A DNA stretch of 64,000 nt from an uncultured Arcobacter sp. (lineage in GTDB: Bacteria > Campylobacterota > Campylobacteria > Campylobacterales > Arcobacteraceae). Positions 42,081 through 52,301 of this stretch are shown in pieces. The stretch is from positions 416,001 to 480,000 of the forward strand of contig OZ223302.1 of the NCBI GenBank assembly GCA_965140705.1, given 5' to 3'. Under the pieces are notes generated by a model. The model searched no databases and had not been told where the DNA came from. It saw only the letters and a list, made by a program, of their open reading frames with translations. The translations under genes and the position numbers were made by a program. Within the stretch, counting starts at the first letter, position 1, and each line of letters starts with the position of its first letter.

Positions 42081-42371
42081 ATGACTATTGATGATAGTAC
42101 AATTGATAAATTAGCAAAGCTTTCTAGTTTGGAAATTGATGAAAGTAAAAGAGAATCACTAAAAAATGAATTGGGTGATATTATTAATTTTGTTGAAAAT
42201 CTAAATGAAATTGATGTTAGCCACATCGATGCTACCTTTACAACTGTTGAAGGTGGAACACCATTTAGGGAAGATATCCCAAAACAAGATTTAGATATGT
42301 CAAAACATATACTTTCTCATGCACCAAAAAGTGAAAATGGATACTTTATAGTTCCAAAAATAATTGAATAA
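42081..42371 (+). CDS. gatC: Asp/Glu-tRNA amidotransferase subunit C
   Basis: KLAKLSSL, IINFVENLNEID, TPFRED, APKSENGYFIVPKIIE. Confidence 0.93.
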   Translation: MTIDDSTIDKLAKLSSLEIDESKRESLKNELGDIINFVENLNEIDVSHIDATFTTVEGGTPFREDIPKQDLDMSKHILSHAPKSENGYFIVPKIIE

Positions 42372-42380
42372 GGTTTTTTG

Positions 42381-42722
42381 ATGATAACTGTTTATGGAAT
42401 CAAAACTTGTGGAAGTGTACAAAAAGCACTAAAATTTTTCAAAGAGAACAATATAGAAGTGGATTTTTTTGATTTTAAAAAAGAGACACCAAGTGCCCAA
42501 AAGGTAAAAATATGGAGCCAAAAAGCTGATATAAATATACTTTTTAATTCAAAAGGAACAAAATACAAAACTCTACAATTAAAAGAGCTAAACCTAGATG
42601 CCAATGGTAAATATGAATGGTTATGTAAAGAGCCAATGCTTTTTAAAAGACCAGTTATAGAGTTTGATGATAAGCTTATTGTAGCTTTTGATGAAGAAAT
42701 TTATAAAAAGACTTTTTTATAA
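42381..42722 (+). CDS. ArsC/Spx/YffB family thioredoxin-fold protein
   Basis: VYGIKTCGSVQKA, LFNSKGTKYK, PMLFKRPV. Confidence 0.88.
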   Translation: MITVYGIKTCGSVQKALKFFKENNIEVDFFDFKKETPSAQKVKIWSQKADINILFNSKGTKYKTLQLKELNLDANGKYEWLCKEPMLFKRPVIEFDDKLIVAFDEEIYKKTFL

Positions 42723-42733
42723 GTCTTTTTATA
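42702..42733. terminator. Hairpin at convergent gene junction
   Basis: TATAAAAAGACTT-TTTTAT-AAGTCTTTTTATA, 13-bp perfect stem. Confidence 0.6.
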
Positions 42734-42735
42734 GG

Positions 42736-43068
42736 CTAAGCTAAATAATCATGCTCCACACAAGTCTCACAAGAGATAATATCTTCATACATAACTTTTT
42801 GTAATTTCAAGTCTTTAAACTCTTTTGAAATTATTTCAATAGCTTCATTATTAGCTGAATATATTAAAGATCTACCTTCATTGTTATTTACATAAACAAC
42901 ATCTTTTGTCTGTTCTAAAATATTATTTATGTGTTTCTCCCAATACTCCAAAAGTTCTTTATTATCACCAAGTTCATCATATTTGATATCCCATTGCAAA
43001 CATAAATCAGGTAACAAAGCACAAGTTTTCTTATCAAAAAAGTCTAATGTTATACCCCATAGTTCCAT
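42736..43068 (-). CDS. Hypothetical protein
   Basis: 110-aa acidic ORF with AGGAG SD; C-terminal CETC. Confidence 0.75.
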   Translation of the reverse strand: MELWGITLDFFDKKTCALLPDLCLQWDIKYDELGDNKELLEYWEKHINNILEQTKDVVYVNNNEGRSLIYSANNEAIEIISKEFKDLKLQKVMYEDIISCETCVEHDYLA

Positions 43069-43165
43069 AATAAATCTCCTTTATTATTATTTTAATCCAT
43101 TAAACTTAAAAAAATGAAAATTTTAAAAGTACTTGTTTGTTTTCAGTTTATATATTTTATCTAAT

Positions 43166-44194
43166 TTAATCTATACTTAAAATAGGTTTGTCTTTTACAT
43201 TAAAAGTCTCTACTATAAACTCATTGTTCATATGCGTTACTAAAATATATGATTCTTGATTTTCTCGATTTTTTAGCATAAAAGAGGTATCTTTATCAAC
43301 TACAATTTCATCAAAACCTAATGGTTTATATTGTTTTATTAAATCCTCTTTTAATTGCTCATAAGTAGTTTCGTATCTATCATCAATAACCATTTTAAAG
43401 CTATTTTCATTATCAATAAATTCTATCTCATTTAACTTCTCTTCTGTCTCAATAATAGGCTGTTTGGAAATTATATATTCATAAGTTACAGATAAAAAAC
43501 CAATAGTAAATACTGTTACAAAAATATTTAATAGTGAATATAGAATACTCAAATCAGAAGAGATTAAAGCCATAAGAAACTTAATTACCAACCCATAAAC
43601 AAAACTAACAACAGTAGCAAAAATAATAGGAAAAATAATGACCATCATAAAAACTAATAATTTATAGTTTTTTGATAAAGCAAGGGCATCACCGAAATCT
43701 AAGGGCTTATCAATAGCAATAGAAGGGAAGATTAGAGATATTCTTGAAGTAATCATTCCAATAAAACCTACAAGAACTACAACAACTAATATATTGTAAA
43801 AATATGCAACATTAGAGCCAAAAAAGCCTTGAATAAACTTACCAAGAAATAGGGAAATAAAATATACTAAAAAAAATACTAAGGCCATAAGTAAACCTAA
43901 ACCAATACCTTTTAGTATAAAACTTATTTCCCTTTGACCAAATTTATAAACACCCCATTTAGGTGTCTCTTCTTCACTTAAAAGTAGTATTCTATGTACA
44001 TTTATAGACATAACAATTGTCACCAAAAAAGATAGTGCAGTTAAGATATAAAAAGTACTTTTACTTATCATTATATGAGTACTATAGTATTCAATAATAG
44101 CTAATATAAGGAAAGGTATAAACAAAGCTCTCATTAAAATATACTTTTTTTCAAAAAGTAAGTCTAAGGTTCTTTTTATAATCTCTTTGTACAT
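43166..44194 (-). CDS. Hypothetical polytopic membrane protein
   Basis: About 6 TMs, VHRILL and SRISLIFPSIAID motifs, acidic soluble C-terminus. Confidence 0.75.
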   Translation of the reverse strand: MYKEIIKRTLDLLFEKKYILMRALFIPFLILAIIEYYSTHIMISKSTFYILTALSFLVTIVMSINVHRILLLSEEETPKWGVYKFGQREISFILKGIGLGLLMALVFFLVYFISLFLGKFIQGFFGSNVAYFYNILVVVVLVGFIGMITSRISLIFPSIAIDKPLDFGDALALSKNYKLLVFMMVIIFPIIFATVVSFVYGLVIKFLMALISSDLSILYSLLNIFVTVFTIGFLSVTYEYIISKQPIIETEEKLNEIEFIDNENSFKMVIDDRYETTYEQLKEDLIKQYKPLGFDEIVVDKDTSFMLKNRENQESYILVTHMNNEFIVETFNVKDKPILSID

Positions 44195-44213
44195 ATTCTT
44201 TCCTTTTGAAGTT

Positions 44214-45566
44214 TTATCTTCTAGCTTCCTTTAAAGTCTCAGCAATCATAAATGATAATTCTAATGCTTGATCCGCGTTTAATCTTGGGTCACATTGTGT
44301 ATGATATCTACTTGCAAGTCCCTCTTGAGTAATAGCAGAACTTGTACTTCCTGTACACTCAGTTACATTTTGACCTGTCATTTCAAGGTGAATTCCACCT
44401 GCAACTGTACCTTCGGCACTATGTATTTGGAAGAATTGTTTTACTTCATTTAAAATCGATTCAAAATCTCTTGTTTTGTATCCATTATCAGTTTTTATTG
44501 TATTACCATGCATGGGATCACTTGACCATAATACATTTTTACCCTCAGCTTTTACTCTTTTTAATAAATTTGGATAGATATCACCTATCTTTTCGGCACC
44601 CATTCTAACAATAAGATTCAATCTTCCAGCTTCATTTTCAGGATTTAAAGCATCAATTAATTTGATTAATTCATCTTCTTTCATAGAAGGTCCTACTTTA
44701 CATCCTATTGGATTTTTGATACCTCTAAAGTACTCTAAATGTGCACCATCTAATTCTCTTGTTCTATCCCCTATCCATAACATATGAGCAGAACAATCAT
44801 ACCAATCACCAGTTAAAGAATCTCTTCTTGTAAGCGCTTCCTCATAATTTAATAAAAGTGCTTCATGTGAAGTATAAAGGGTAGTTTGACTTAATTGTTG
44901 TGTATTTTCTGATGTAATCCCACAAGCATTCATGAAAGCTAAAGTTTCAGAAATCTTATTTGCTAAATCATCATATTTTACACCTAAAGTGTGATCTTTA
45001 ATAAAATCTAAATTCCACTCATGAACTTGTTGTAAATCTGCCATTCCACCCCTAGAAAATGCTCTTAAAAGGTTTAGTGTAGCTGCACTTTGGTTATAAG
45101 CTTTTAAAAGTTTTTTAGGCTTTGGTAATCTTGATTTTTCATCAAACTTAACAGAATTTACAATATCTCCTCTATAAGAAGGAAGAGCAAGTCCATCAAT
45201 ATTTTCAAAATCTTCACTTCTTGGTTTTGCAAATTGACCTGCTATTCTTCCCACTTTCACAACTGGACAACCACCAGAAAAAGTTAAAACAATAGCCATT
45301 TGCATCATCACTTTAAATAAATCTTTAATATTATTTGCATTAAATGCATCAAATGATTCAGCACAATCTCCACCTTGAAGTAAAAAAGCCTTTCCATCTA
45401 CAACATCTGCTAATTTACTTTTTAAGTTTCTAGCTTCCCCTGCAAAAATTAAAGGAGGATAAGAAGCTAACTCTTTTTCTACTTTAGTAAGTTTTTCTAA
45501 ATCATTATATGTTGGTTGTTGTTTTATCGGAAAATCTCTCCAAGATTTTGGATTCCAGTTATTCAT
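44214..45566 (-). CDS. aroG: Class II DAHP synthase
   Basis: [53 protein letters not shown]. Confidence 0.95.
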   Translation of the reverse strand: MNNWNPKSWRDFPIKQQPTYNDLEKLTKVEKELASYPPLIFAGEARNLKSKLADVVDGKAFLLQGGDCAESFDAFNANNIKDLFKVMMQMAIVLTFSGGCPVVKVGRIAGQFAKPRSEDFENIDGLALPSYRGDIVNSVKFDEKSRLPKPKKLLKAYNQSAATLNLLRAFSRGGMADLQQVHEWNLDFIKDHTLGVKYDDLANKISETLAFMNACGITSENTQQLSQTTLYTSHEALLLNYEEALTRRDSLTGDWYDCSAHMLWIGDRTRELDGAHLEYFRGIKNPIGCKVGPSMKEDELIKLIDALNPENEAGRLNLIVRMGAEKIGDIYPNLLKRVKAEGKNVLWSSDPMHGNTIKTDNGYKTRDFESILNEVKQFFQIHSAEGTVAGGIHLEMTGQNVTECTGSTSSAITQEGLASRYHTQCDPRLNADQALELSFMIAETLKEARR

Positions 45567-45593
45567 ACTATTTACCTTTTTATATTTTAATTA

Positions 45594-46586
45594 TTATGCT
45601 TTTAGTTTTGATAAAAGCTCTTCAAATGATACTTTAAATGATTCTAAACCATCAGTTAATAGTGTCTCATAAATCTCATTTATATCAATATCATGTTTTG
45701 CAAGCATTTTGAAAAACTCATCACACTCACCTTCACTGATTATATCACTAGGTTCCGTGCTACCACTTTGTACATAGTCTTCAATAGTAGCGAGTGGAGC
45801 TGTATTTACGCTATTTGGATAGAGTAAATTATCCACATAATAAGTTGATGGTAATTCATCCCCTTTTACACCTGTACTAGCAAAAAGTGTTCTAATATTA
45901 TCATTATGGAATTTATTTATTTCGTGATAACATTTTACAGCATTTATGATACCTAATTTGGCTTTTTCTATACCTTTTGCCCCAAATCTATTATCACATA
46001 ATCTATCAAATCTAGATACAAAAATAGAAATAACAGCTTTTGATTCTGTAATTGATTTTTCCATACCTCTATTTAAGGCATTTGCACAACTAATAGCTTG
46101 TTCTGGTGAAAAGATTAGTGTTGCATTTACATTTATACCTTGTGAAGCTAATTCTTCCATGGCTTTATATCCAGCTTTTGTTGCAGGAACTTTAATCATT
46201 ACATTATCATATGCAATTGTTTTATAAAGTCTAATTCCCTCTTCAATAGTACCCTCAGCATCATCACTAAGTGTTGGGTCAACTTCTAGTGAGATAAATC
46301 CATCATCACTATTAATTCTATTCATAGGCTCAAGTATTTCAGCTGCTCTTTTAATATCAGTCATAGCTACTTCTTCATAAATAGTCTTAGCTGTATTTAC
46401 TTGTAAAATTCCTAGTTGTTGTTTATATGCAACAGAGTTTGAAATTGATGATGCAAAAATAGCAGGATTTGATGTAGCACCTTGAATAACTTCATCTTTT
46501 ACCAAATCTTGAAATTGATTTTCTAAAAAATCTCTTTCAATAAAATCACACCATAACGAAAAATTTATATCTTCTTTTAAACTCAT
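45594..46586 (-). CDS. tal: Transaldolase
   Basis: SLWCDFIER, GATSNPAIF, SLEVDP, MIKVPAT, VNATLIFS, FVSRFD, LFASTGVK. Confidence 0.93.
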   Translation of the reverse strand: MSLKEDINFSLWCDFIERDFLENQFQDLVKDEVIQGATSNPAIFASSISNSVAYKQQLGILQVNTAKTIYEEVAMTDIKRAAEILEPMNRINSDDGFISLEVDPTLSDDAEGTIEEGIRLYKTIAYDNVMIKVPATKAGYKAMEELASQGINVNATLIFSPEQAISCANALNRGMEKSITESKAVISIFVSRFDRLCDNRFGAKGIEKAKLGIINAVKCYHEINKFHNDNIRTLFASTGVKGDELPSTYYVDNLLYPNSVNTAPLATIEDYVQSGSTEPSDIISEGECDEFFKMLAKHDIDINEIYETLLTDGLESFKVSFEELLSKLKA

Positions 46587-46681
46587 TTTAACTCCTTTTA
46601 ATAGTCCCTAAAAATAGAAACCTTTTCTTTTAATACCTCTTTTAGTGATGAAAAAATTCAACCCCTAAAGAGACAAATCCT

Positions 46682-46704
46682 AAAAGCGTTCTAAGACGCT
46701 ATTT
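46682..46704 (-). terminator. Putative intrinsic terminator after serB
   Basis: Minus strand AGCGT-CTTAGA-ACGCT followed by TTT. Confidence 0.5.
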
Positions 46705-46705
46705 T

Positions 46706-47326
46706 TTAAATATGTTCCAAGATTTGTGTTAAATCTTTTGTATCAACAATGATATTTGCCTCTTTTTTCAAAATATCTTTTGCACAAAAAGCAACTCTTT
46801 TGTCTGCATATGGAAACATTGAAACATCATTTGCTCCATCTCCTGCAACTAGTGTATTTTCTTTAGAAACGCCTAACATTGCTTGAACTCTTTGTATCAT
46901 ATCACCTTTAGAAAAACCAAACATCATATCCCCACCAACAAGTCCAGTTAGAATTCCATTTTTATGATGTAAGATATTTGAAAAATCTGCATCAAGTCCA
47001 AGTTTCTCTTTAGCAGGAGTTGTTCCTATTCTAAAGCCACCTGAAAAACATACAACTTTGTATCCCTTCTCTTTTAGTTTTGCAACTGTTTCCATTGCTC
47101 CTGGCATAAGTGGTAGACTTTTACAAATATCTACAGCCAAAGAGTTTTCTAAGCCTTTTAATAAAGCCACTCTTTCAATAAGTGATTCAAAAAAGTCCAA
47201 TCTTCCAGCCATGGCTTCTTCTGTGATTTTTGCAACTTTCTCTTCAAGACCTAAAGGTTTTGCTAGAAAATCAATAGTTTCTCCATCCATCAAAGTTGAA
47301 TCAAAATCAAATACAGCTAATTTCAT
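46706..47326 (-). CDS. serB: Phosphoserine phosphatase
   Basis: VFDFDSTL, ITEEAMAGRLDF, SGGF, GDGANDVSM. Confidence 0.95.
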   Translation of the reverse strand: MKLAVFDFDSTLMDGETIDFLAKPLGLEEKVAKITEEAMAGRLDFFESLIERVALLKGLENSLAVDICKSLPLMPGAMETVAKLKEKGYKVVCFSGGFRIGTTPAKEKLGLDADFSNILHHKNGILTGLVGGDMMFGFSKGDMIQRVQAMLGVSKENTLVAGDGANDVSMFPYADKRVAFCAKDILKKEANIIVDTKDLTQILEHI

Positions 47327-47436
47327 CGTTTATCCTACTCATATATCATTGTTTATATTTTTAAAAAAGATATATATTACCAAAATTATACTAAAATGAT
47401 TACTTTACGGTTTCAAAGTAAAGATAAGGAAAATGA

Positions 47437-47817
47437 TTGAAATTAGCATCTATTGATATAGGATTAAAAAGAATTGGCGTAGCTTTAAGCCTTACAGAGT
47501 CCATAGTTACCCCACAAACAGCCATTTTAAGAAAAAATAGAAATCAAGCTTCAAATGATGTTGATAGTTTTTTAAAAGAGTGGGAAATAGAGAAACTTAT
47601 TGTTGGCTTTCCAAGTTCAAGTGATGATATGCAAAAAAGAGTAAAACACTTCGTAAATCTTCTAAAATTTGAAGGAGAGATAGTTTTCCAAGAAGAAAAC
47701 ATGAGCTCCATAGAAGCAGAAGAGCTAATGAAAGGTGATATCAAATACAAAAGGGATGGAAGAGTTGATTCCCTTGCAGCTAAAATAATACTTGAGAGAT
47801 ATTTGACAAAAAATTAA
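47437..47817 (+). CDS. ruvX: YqgF/RuvX family nuclease
   Basis: IDIGLKRIGVA, VGFP, EENMSSIEAE, DSLAAKIILERYL. Confidence 0.92.
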   Translation: MKLASIDIGLKRIGVALSLTESIVTPQTAILRKNRNQASNDVDSFLKEWEIEKLIVGFPSSSDDMQKRVKHFVNLLKFEGEIVFQEENMSSIEAEELMKGDIKYKRDGRVDSLAAKIILERYLTKN

Positions 47818-47839
47818 TTATAGGGGAAAATCCCTATAA
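47818..47839. terminator. Hairpin between convergent ruvX and lpoB-like gene
   Basis: TTATAGGG-GAAAAT-CCCTATAA. Confidence 0.6.
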
Positions 47840-47848
47840 CTAATCAAA

Positions 47849-48460
47849 CTACCAAGTCACAGTATCGTTTGATCCAATTTTTCCTATAACTACCTCATCT
47901 TCCCAAGTTACAAGTCCAGTTTTAATATCTGTTAGTGAGAGTTGGAAATAGTATTCAACTATTTGGTCATCTTTATTTGCTTTTGCTGTTCTTTGTAAAA
48001 TACTTCCTGATAATGAAAGACTAGGTGCATAAAGTGTATTTTTTTGTATTGTAGTACTTTTTTTGAATTCATCATTATTTCTTAGTTTTCTAGTATCTTG
48101 AGCTAAATCATCCCTTTGAGTTCCAACAGCTGATGTAAGTATTGCTTTTCCTGAATTTAATATTGCTATTCCTAACTTTTTAGTTAAAAATTTTACATCA
48201 AACCTTTGAGTAGTATCATTTACAATGTCACTCATCATAACTACGCTTTTTCCACCACCACTTTTATCTAAAGCACCGCTTGATAACAATGATTTAGCCA
48301 TATCACTAGCTGCTTTTTCAAAATCTTGTCTATCAATTCCCATAGTTACAATTGAAGATTTTGGAGAATTTTCTGGTAAATACTCAGGTTTATGTGTACA
48401 CCCTGCAAAAAATATTGTTCCCATAAATAGTGTTGAAATTATTAGTTTTTTATTTTTCAT
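47849..48460 (-). CDS. lpoB: LpoB-like lipoprotein (Cj0091-like)
   Basis: FAGC lipobox, DRQDFEKAA..M..SLL, VNDT, LNSGK, YYFQLSLTDIKTGLVTWEDE. Confidence 0.75.
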   Translation of the reverse strand: MKNKKLIISTLFMGTIFFAGCTHKPEYLPENSPKSSIVTMGIDRQDFEKAASDMAKSLLSSGALDKSGGGKSVVMMSDIVNDTTQRFDVKFLTKKLGIAILNSGKAILTSAVGTQRDDLAQDTRKLRNNDEFKKSTTIQKNTLYAPSLSLSGSILQRTAKANKDDQIVEYYFQLSLTDIKTGLVTWEDEVVIGKIGSNDTVTW

Positions 48461-48468
48461 TTTTTTCC

Positions 48469-48912
48469 TTAATTTTGATATTCATAATGGCTACTATCTT
48501 TTCTTTGTTCATCATCTCTACTTGTATCTTGTACTCTTATTACAAAATCTTTGATTTGATTTGAAGGGGATACGCCATTAATAGTAAAATCCCTATTCTC
48601 TTCCACTGTTGCCATTTTCCATTTAGATAAAATTGTTTTTACAATAAAACCATTTTTATCTATCCAATCTATCTTATAAGCTACATTTCTATTCATATAA
48701 GTTGTATTTTTAAATCTAGCTTGTACAACCCAAAAGCCATCACTTTTTTGAAAATAGTTTAGTTTTTCAAGCTTTAACCAGCTATCCAAAGCTTTATCTA
48801 TTACTATGTGTGAGTCATCGCTTATTTTAGGCTCAACTTTTACTTCTTTTTGTGCACACCCACTAAAAAGCATAACACTTATTATTGTAATAATTAAATA
48901 TATCTTTTTCAT
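48469..48912 (-). CDS. YcfL/DUF1425 family lipoprotein
   Basis: FSGC lipobox, YKIDWIDKNGF, W, GVSPS; between COG3014 and LpoB-like genes. Confidence 0.75.
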   Translation of the reverse strand: MKKIYLIITIISVMLFSGCAQKEVKVEPKISDDSHIVIDKALDSWLKLEKLNYFQKSDGFWVVQARFKNTTYMNRNVAYKIDWIDKNGFIVKTILSKWKMATVEENRDFTINGVSPSNQIKDFVIRVQDTSRDDEQRKDSSHYEYQN

Positions 48913-48921
48913 AAATCTCCT

Positions 48922-50256
48922 TTAAAATAAAATCTTATGAATTATATTATTTCCTATGACTTGTGATTTTACATAAATTAATGCATTTTTATCATTAGGA
49001 ATAAAAACTTCTTTTATAATTTTACCTTCATTATTTTTAATTTCAATTGGTTTTCCATCAAGTTTTACTCTTAAACTTTGAAAATTCTTAGGTAAAGCAG
49101 TCCAGGACCTCACATCAGCTCTATTTGTAAAGCTTTGATATAAAAACCCTAAGAACCCAGCTAATGGACTAGAATCATTGAGTTGTTTTTGGGTAATCGT
49201 TTTTGTAATTGTATTTGCTATTGCCTCACTTAAAATAGCTGGAAATCTTTTTTTAAATTCTGTTTTTATTACATTATCCATATTACAAACTTCTGTTGTA
49301 TCTTTTCCATTAATATCTAAATAAGCATAAGAACTACTTCTTTCAACAATTTTTGGCAAAGCAATACCTGTATATATGACATTTCTTGAAAATATAAATA
49401 AAGGAATATCAATTCTTATCTCATCTTTTATCATCCCTTGCCCATTTTCATATATAATCCAAGCATATTTTTCTTTTGATTCTCTCAAAGATGAATCAAG
49501 ATATTTGTTACTAAGTTCATAGTCACTTTTTATTTGCTCATTTGATGGTTGCATTTCCATAGACTCTTTTAATAAATCCCTTGCCTTAACTGTATCTCCA
49601 TCTAATAAAAAATATACTCCAGCCATATAGGTTGTAAAAGGATTTATAAAATCAGGATATGCTTTAAAATCATTTAACAAACTATCATATTGTTTATATA
49701 CAGTATCTTCTGCTTCTTTGTTCTCTTTTTCTAAATTCGCCTCTTTTTTTTGTATCTCACTTCTAAAATAATCTTTTGCTCTTCTTTGTCTATCCAAAGC
49801 TCTATTAAACTCTACTCTTGCATTTGCACTATCATGCAAACTAGCGTAATTTAAAGCTTTATAAGTATTTACCATCACTTTTTCATAAATATTTCCCTCA
49901 TACTCATTTGCATTATTATTTACTAAAATACTTTTTGAAGCCTCTAAAGTATTATCAAAAACTGTGTCTTCATCTACTGTTTGTTTATACTTCTCTTCTG
50001 CTTCATCAAAAAATCCATTACTTTTTTTATAAGCAAAACAATTTCTTGCCAATGAACCACCTTGAATACCCCAAAGTATGGGGTCATCATTATCTTTTAT
50101 CTTTTCTTCTATTTGAGTATAATCACAATTTTTTGATTCTAAGTTATTATCAAAAGTATTCATACTATCTTGATAACCACTTATGGCTGCACACCCACAA
50201 AAAGAGAATACAAATATAGTATTAAAAAAAAGTTTTATACACTCTTTTCTTCCCAT
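48922..50256 (-). CDS. COG3014 family TPR-like lipoprotein
   Basis: YEGNIYEKVMVNTYKALNY, ARVEFNRALDRQ, FINPF, ADVRSWTALP. Confidence 0.85.
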   Translation of the reverse strand: MGRKECIKLFFNTIFVFSFCGCAAISGYQDSMNTFDNNLESKNCDYTQIEEKIKDNDDPILWGIQGGSLARNCFAYKKSNGFFDEAEEKYKQTVDEDTVFDNTLEASKSILVNNNANEYEGNIYEKVMVNTYKALNYASLHDSANARVEFNRALDRQRRAKDYFRSEIQKKEANLEKENKEAEDTVYKQYDSLLNDFKAYPDFINPFTTYMAGVYFLLDGDTVKARDLLKESMEMQPSNEQIKSDYELSNKYLDSSLRESKEKYAWIIYENGQGMIKDEIRIDIPLFIFSRNVIYTGIALPKIVERSSSYAYLDINGKDTTEVCNMDNVIKTEFKKRFPAILSEAIANTITKTITQKQLNDSSPLAGFLGFLYQSFTNRADVRSWTALPKNFQSLRVKLDGKPIEIKNNEGKIIKEVFIPNDKNALIYVKSQVIGNNIIHKILF

Positions 50257-50258
50257 GA

Positions 50259-50609
50259 TTAATTTTTCTCTAAGGCTACAACAGCTATTGCAAAACCAGT
50301 ATCATGAGTAATAGAGAGATGGGCACTTTTTATTGAAAAGTTATCTATAACTTTTTGTGAGAAAGTTATAAGAGGAGCATTTTTAACTGTTTTTGAAATA
50401 ATAATATCATGAAAACCGCACTCTTCGCCTATTCCACAAGCAAGAGCTTTACTTGCAGCCTCTTTTGCAGCCCAAAAACCAGCAGCAGTTTCAACTTTTT
50501 TTACTAATTCTATTTCACTTTTATTTAAAAATCTTTCATAAGCTTTATTACCAAACTTCTCATACAGCTTTTCAATTCTTTTTATACTTACTACATCTAT
50601 ACCAATCAT
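50259..50609 (-). CDS. acpS: Holo-ACP synthase
   Basis: IGIDVV, AGFWAAKEAASKAL, LSITHD. Confidence 0.95.
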   Translation of the reverse strand: MIGIDVVSIKRIEKLYEKFGNKAYERFLNKSEIELVKKVETAAGFWAAKEAASKALACGIGEECGFHDIIISKTVKNAPLITFSQKVIDNFSIKSAHLSITHDTGFAIAVVALEKN

Positions 50610-50728
50610 TTTTAACCTATGTGAATGTAAAACATCCTATGTAAATTATTTTAAAATGATATTATACCTAATCATTTTAATATAATATAACAATGATTAA
50701 TACTCTACTAACTAAATACAAATTTCCA

Positions 50729-51496
50729 TTATTTATTCTCTGCTTTTGTTACATCAATTTTACTAATTGTTAAATATGCTACAACAATCAAAATAATAGT
50801 AAAAAATGCAATATTTATATTTCCTGCAGGAATTCCCATACCTCCATCAGCTGGAGCTTGAATAAATAAATCACCTAAAGATGCACCTATTGGACGTGTT
50901 ACTATAAAGGCTATCCAAAATGCCATAACACCATTTAATATTTTTGCATAAAATAATCCACCTGCGATTAAAAAGATACCACCAAATAACATTAATGAAT
51001 TTAAATATCCAAAGTTCAAATGCTCAGAAACGGTATCTCCTACTCCTGTTCCTAGCGCAAAGGTAATCAAAACAATTAACCAATAAAAAACTTCTCTTCT
51101 ATTATTTGTAATTTTATGAATTGATAAAGTACCTTCTTCTTTGTACCATAACAAAAATCCTAAAATCATTGCTATTGTAAATACAATGTCTAAAGTTATT
51201 AAACTAACATTAAAATTATCAACAAGAATATCAGTTATCAAAGTTCCTTCTATACTCATCATCACAATTAAAAACCAATAAGCTGGTGCAAAATATTTTT
51301 TTAAACTAAAATTCCAAAGTATTGCTCCTAAAGTAATTACTCCCATAAGCATTGTTGTTCCTGCTAAGCCTAAATTCATATCTACTGCAACAAAATCAGC
51401 TGCTGTTTCACCAACAGTTGTAGATAATATTTTAACAATCCAAAAAAATAGTGTTAACCCTGCTACTCTATTTAATGTAAAGTTTTTTTCTATCAT
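50729..51496 (-). CDS. COG4705 / DUF347-repeat membrane protein
   Basis: FWIVKILSTTVGETAAD, GTLITD, EGTLSIH, REVFYW, TFALGTGVGD, FWIAFIVTRPIGASLGD. Confidence 0.9.
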   Translation of the reverse strand: MIEKNFTLNRVAGLTLFFWIVKILSTTVGETAADFVAVDMNLGLAGTTMLMGVITLGAILWNFSLKKYFAPAYWFLIVMMSIEGTLITDILVDNFNVSLITLDIVFTIAMILGFLLWYKEEGTLSIHKITNNRREVFYWLIVLITFALGTGVGDTVSEHLNFGYLNSLMLFGGIFLIAGGLFYAKILNGVMAFWIAFIVTRPIGASLGDLFIQAPADGGMGIPAGNINIAFFTIILIVVAYLTISKIDVTKAENK

Positions 51497-51536
51497 ATTT
51501 GACTCCTCAAATTTTAATTATTGGAATTATTCTATT

Positions 51537-51571
51537 TGAAAATGAAATGAAAATTAATTTTCATTTCATTT
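51537..51571. promoter_or_regulatory. Divergent-promoter operator: perfect 32-bp palindrome built from TTCATTT repeats
   Basis: AAATGAAATGAAAATT|AATTTTCATTTCATTT (51540-51571); TGAAAA repeated at 51537 and 51548. Confidence 0.65.
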
Positions 51572-51644
51572 ATTAAATCTAGAATTTCAAAATAATAAAA
51601 CTATTGATATAATGGTTATGTAAGTAATAAGGTAAAAATAAATT

Positions 51645-52301
51645 ATGAAAATTTTAATTATAGAAGATGATGAAAATATATTATCATTGTTAGAAAGAGG
51701 ATTAACGGAAGAAGGTCATGTTATTCAAAGTGCTGTAGATGGAGAAGATGGTGAATATCTAGCAACAGAAAATAACTATGACATTATAATCTTAGATTGG
51801 ATGCTACCTAATAAAAACGGCTTAACAATACTAGAAAATATTAGAAAAAAATCAATAACAACACCGATACTAATGTTAACTGCAAAATCTGAAATTATCG
51901 ATAAAGTAAAAGGATTAAAAAGTGGTGCAGATGATTATCTTGCAAAACCTTTCGATTATGAAGAATTACTTGCTAGAATAGAAGCCTTATATAGAAGAGA
52001 AGTATCTAAAGGAATTAATATAATAGAAATATCAAATATTACTATTGACATAGATAAAAAAATAGTAGCAAAAGATAATATTCCACTACAATTAACATCA
52101 AAAGAGTATGATTTATTTCTTTTTTTAATAAAAAATAAAAACTCAATGATTTCAAATAGTATGATAGAAGAACAACTCTGGAATGAAAATGAATTTATCA
52201 ATAGTAATGTTATTCAAGTAACTATGTATAATTTAAAAAAGAAAATTGGTAAAGATATTATCAAAAATTTTAGAGGATTAGGGTATAAACTTGATGTTTA
52301 A
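51645..52301 (+). CDS. OmpR/PhoB-family response regulator
   Basis: ILIIEDD, ILDWMLP, PILMLTA, GADDYLAKPF, winged helix ending RGLGY. Confidence 0.95.
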   Translation: MKILIIEDDENILSLLERGLTEEGHVIQSAVDGEDGEYLATENNYDIIILDWMLPNKNGLTILENIRKKSITTPILMLTAKSEIIDKVKGLKSGADDYLAKPFDYEELLARIEALYRREVSKGINIIEISNITIDIDKKIVAKDNIPLQLTSKEYDLFLFLIKNKNSMISNSMIEEQLWNENEFINSNVIQVTMYNLKKKIGKDIIKNFRGLGYKLDV

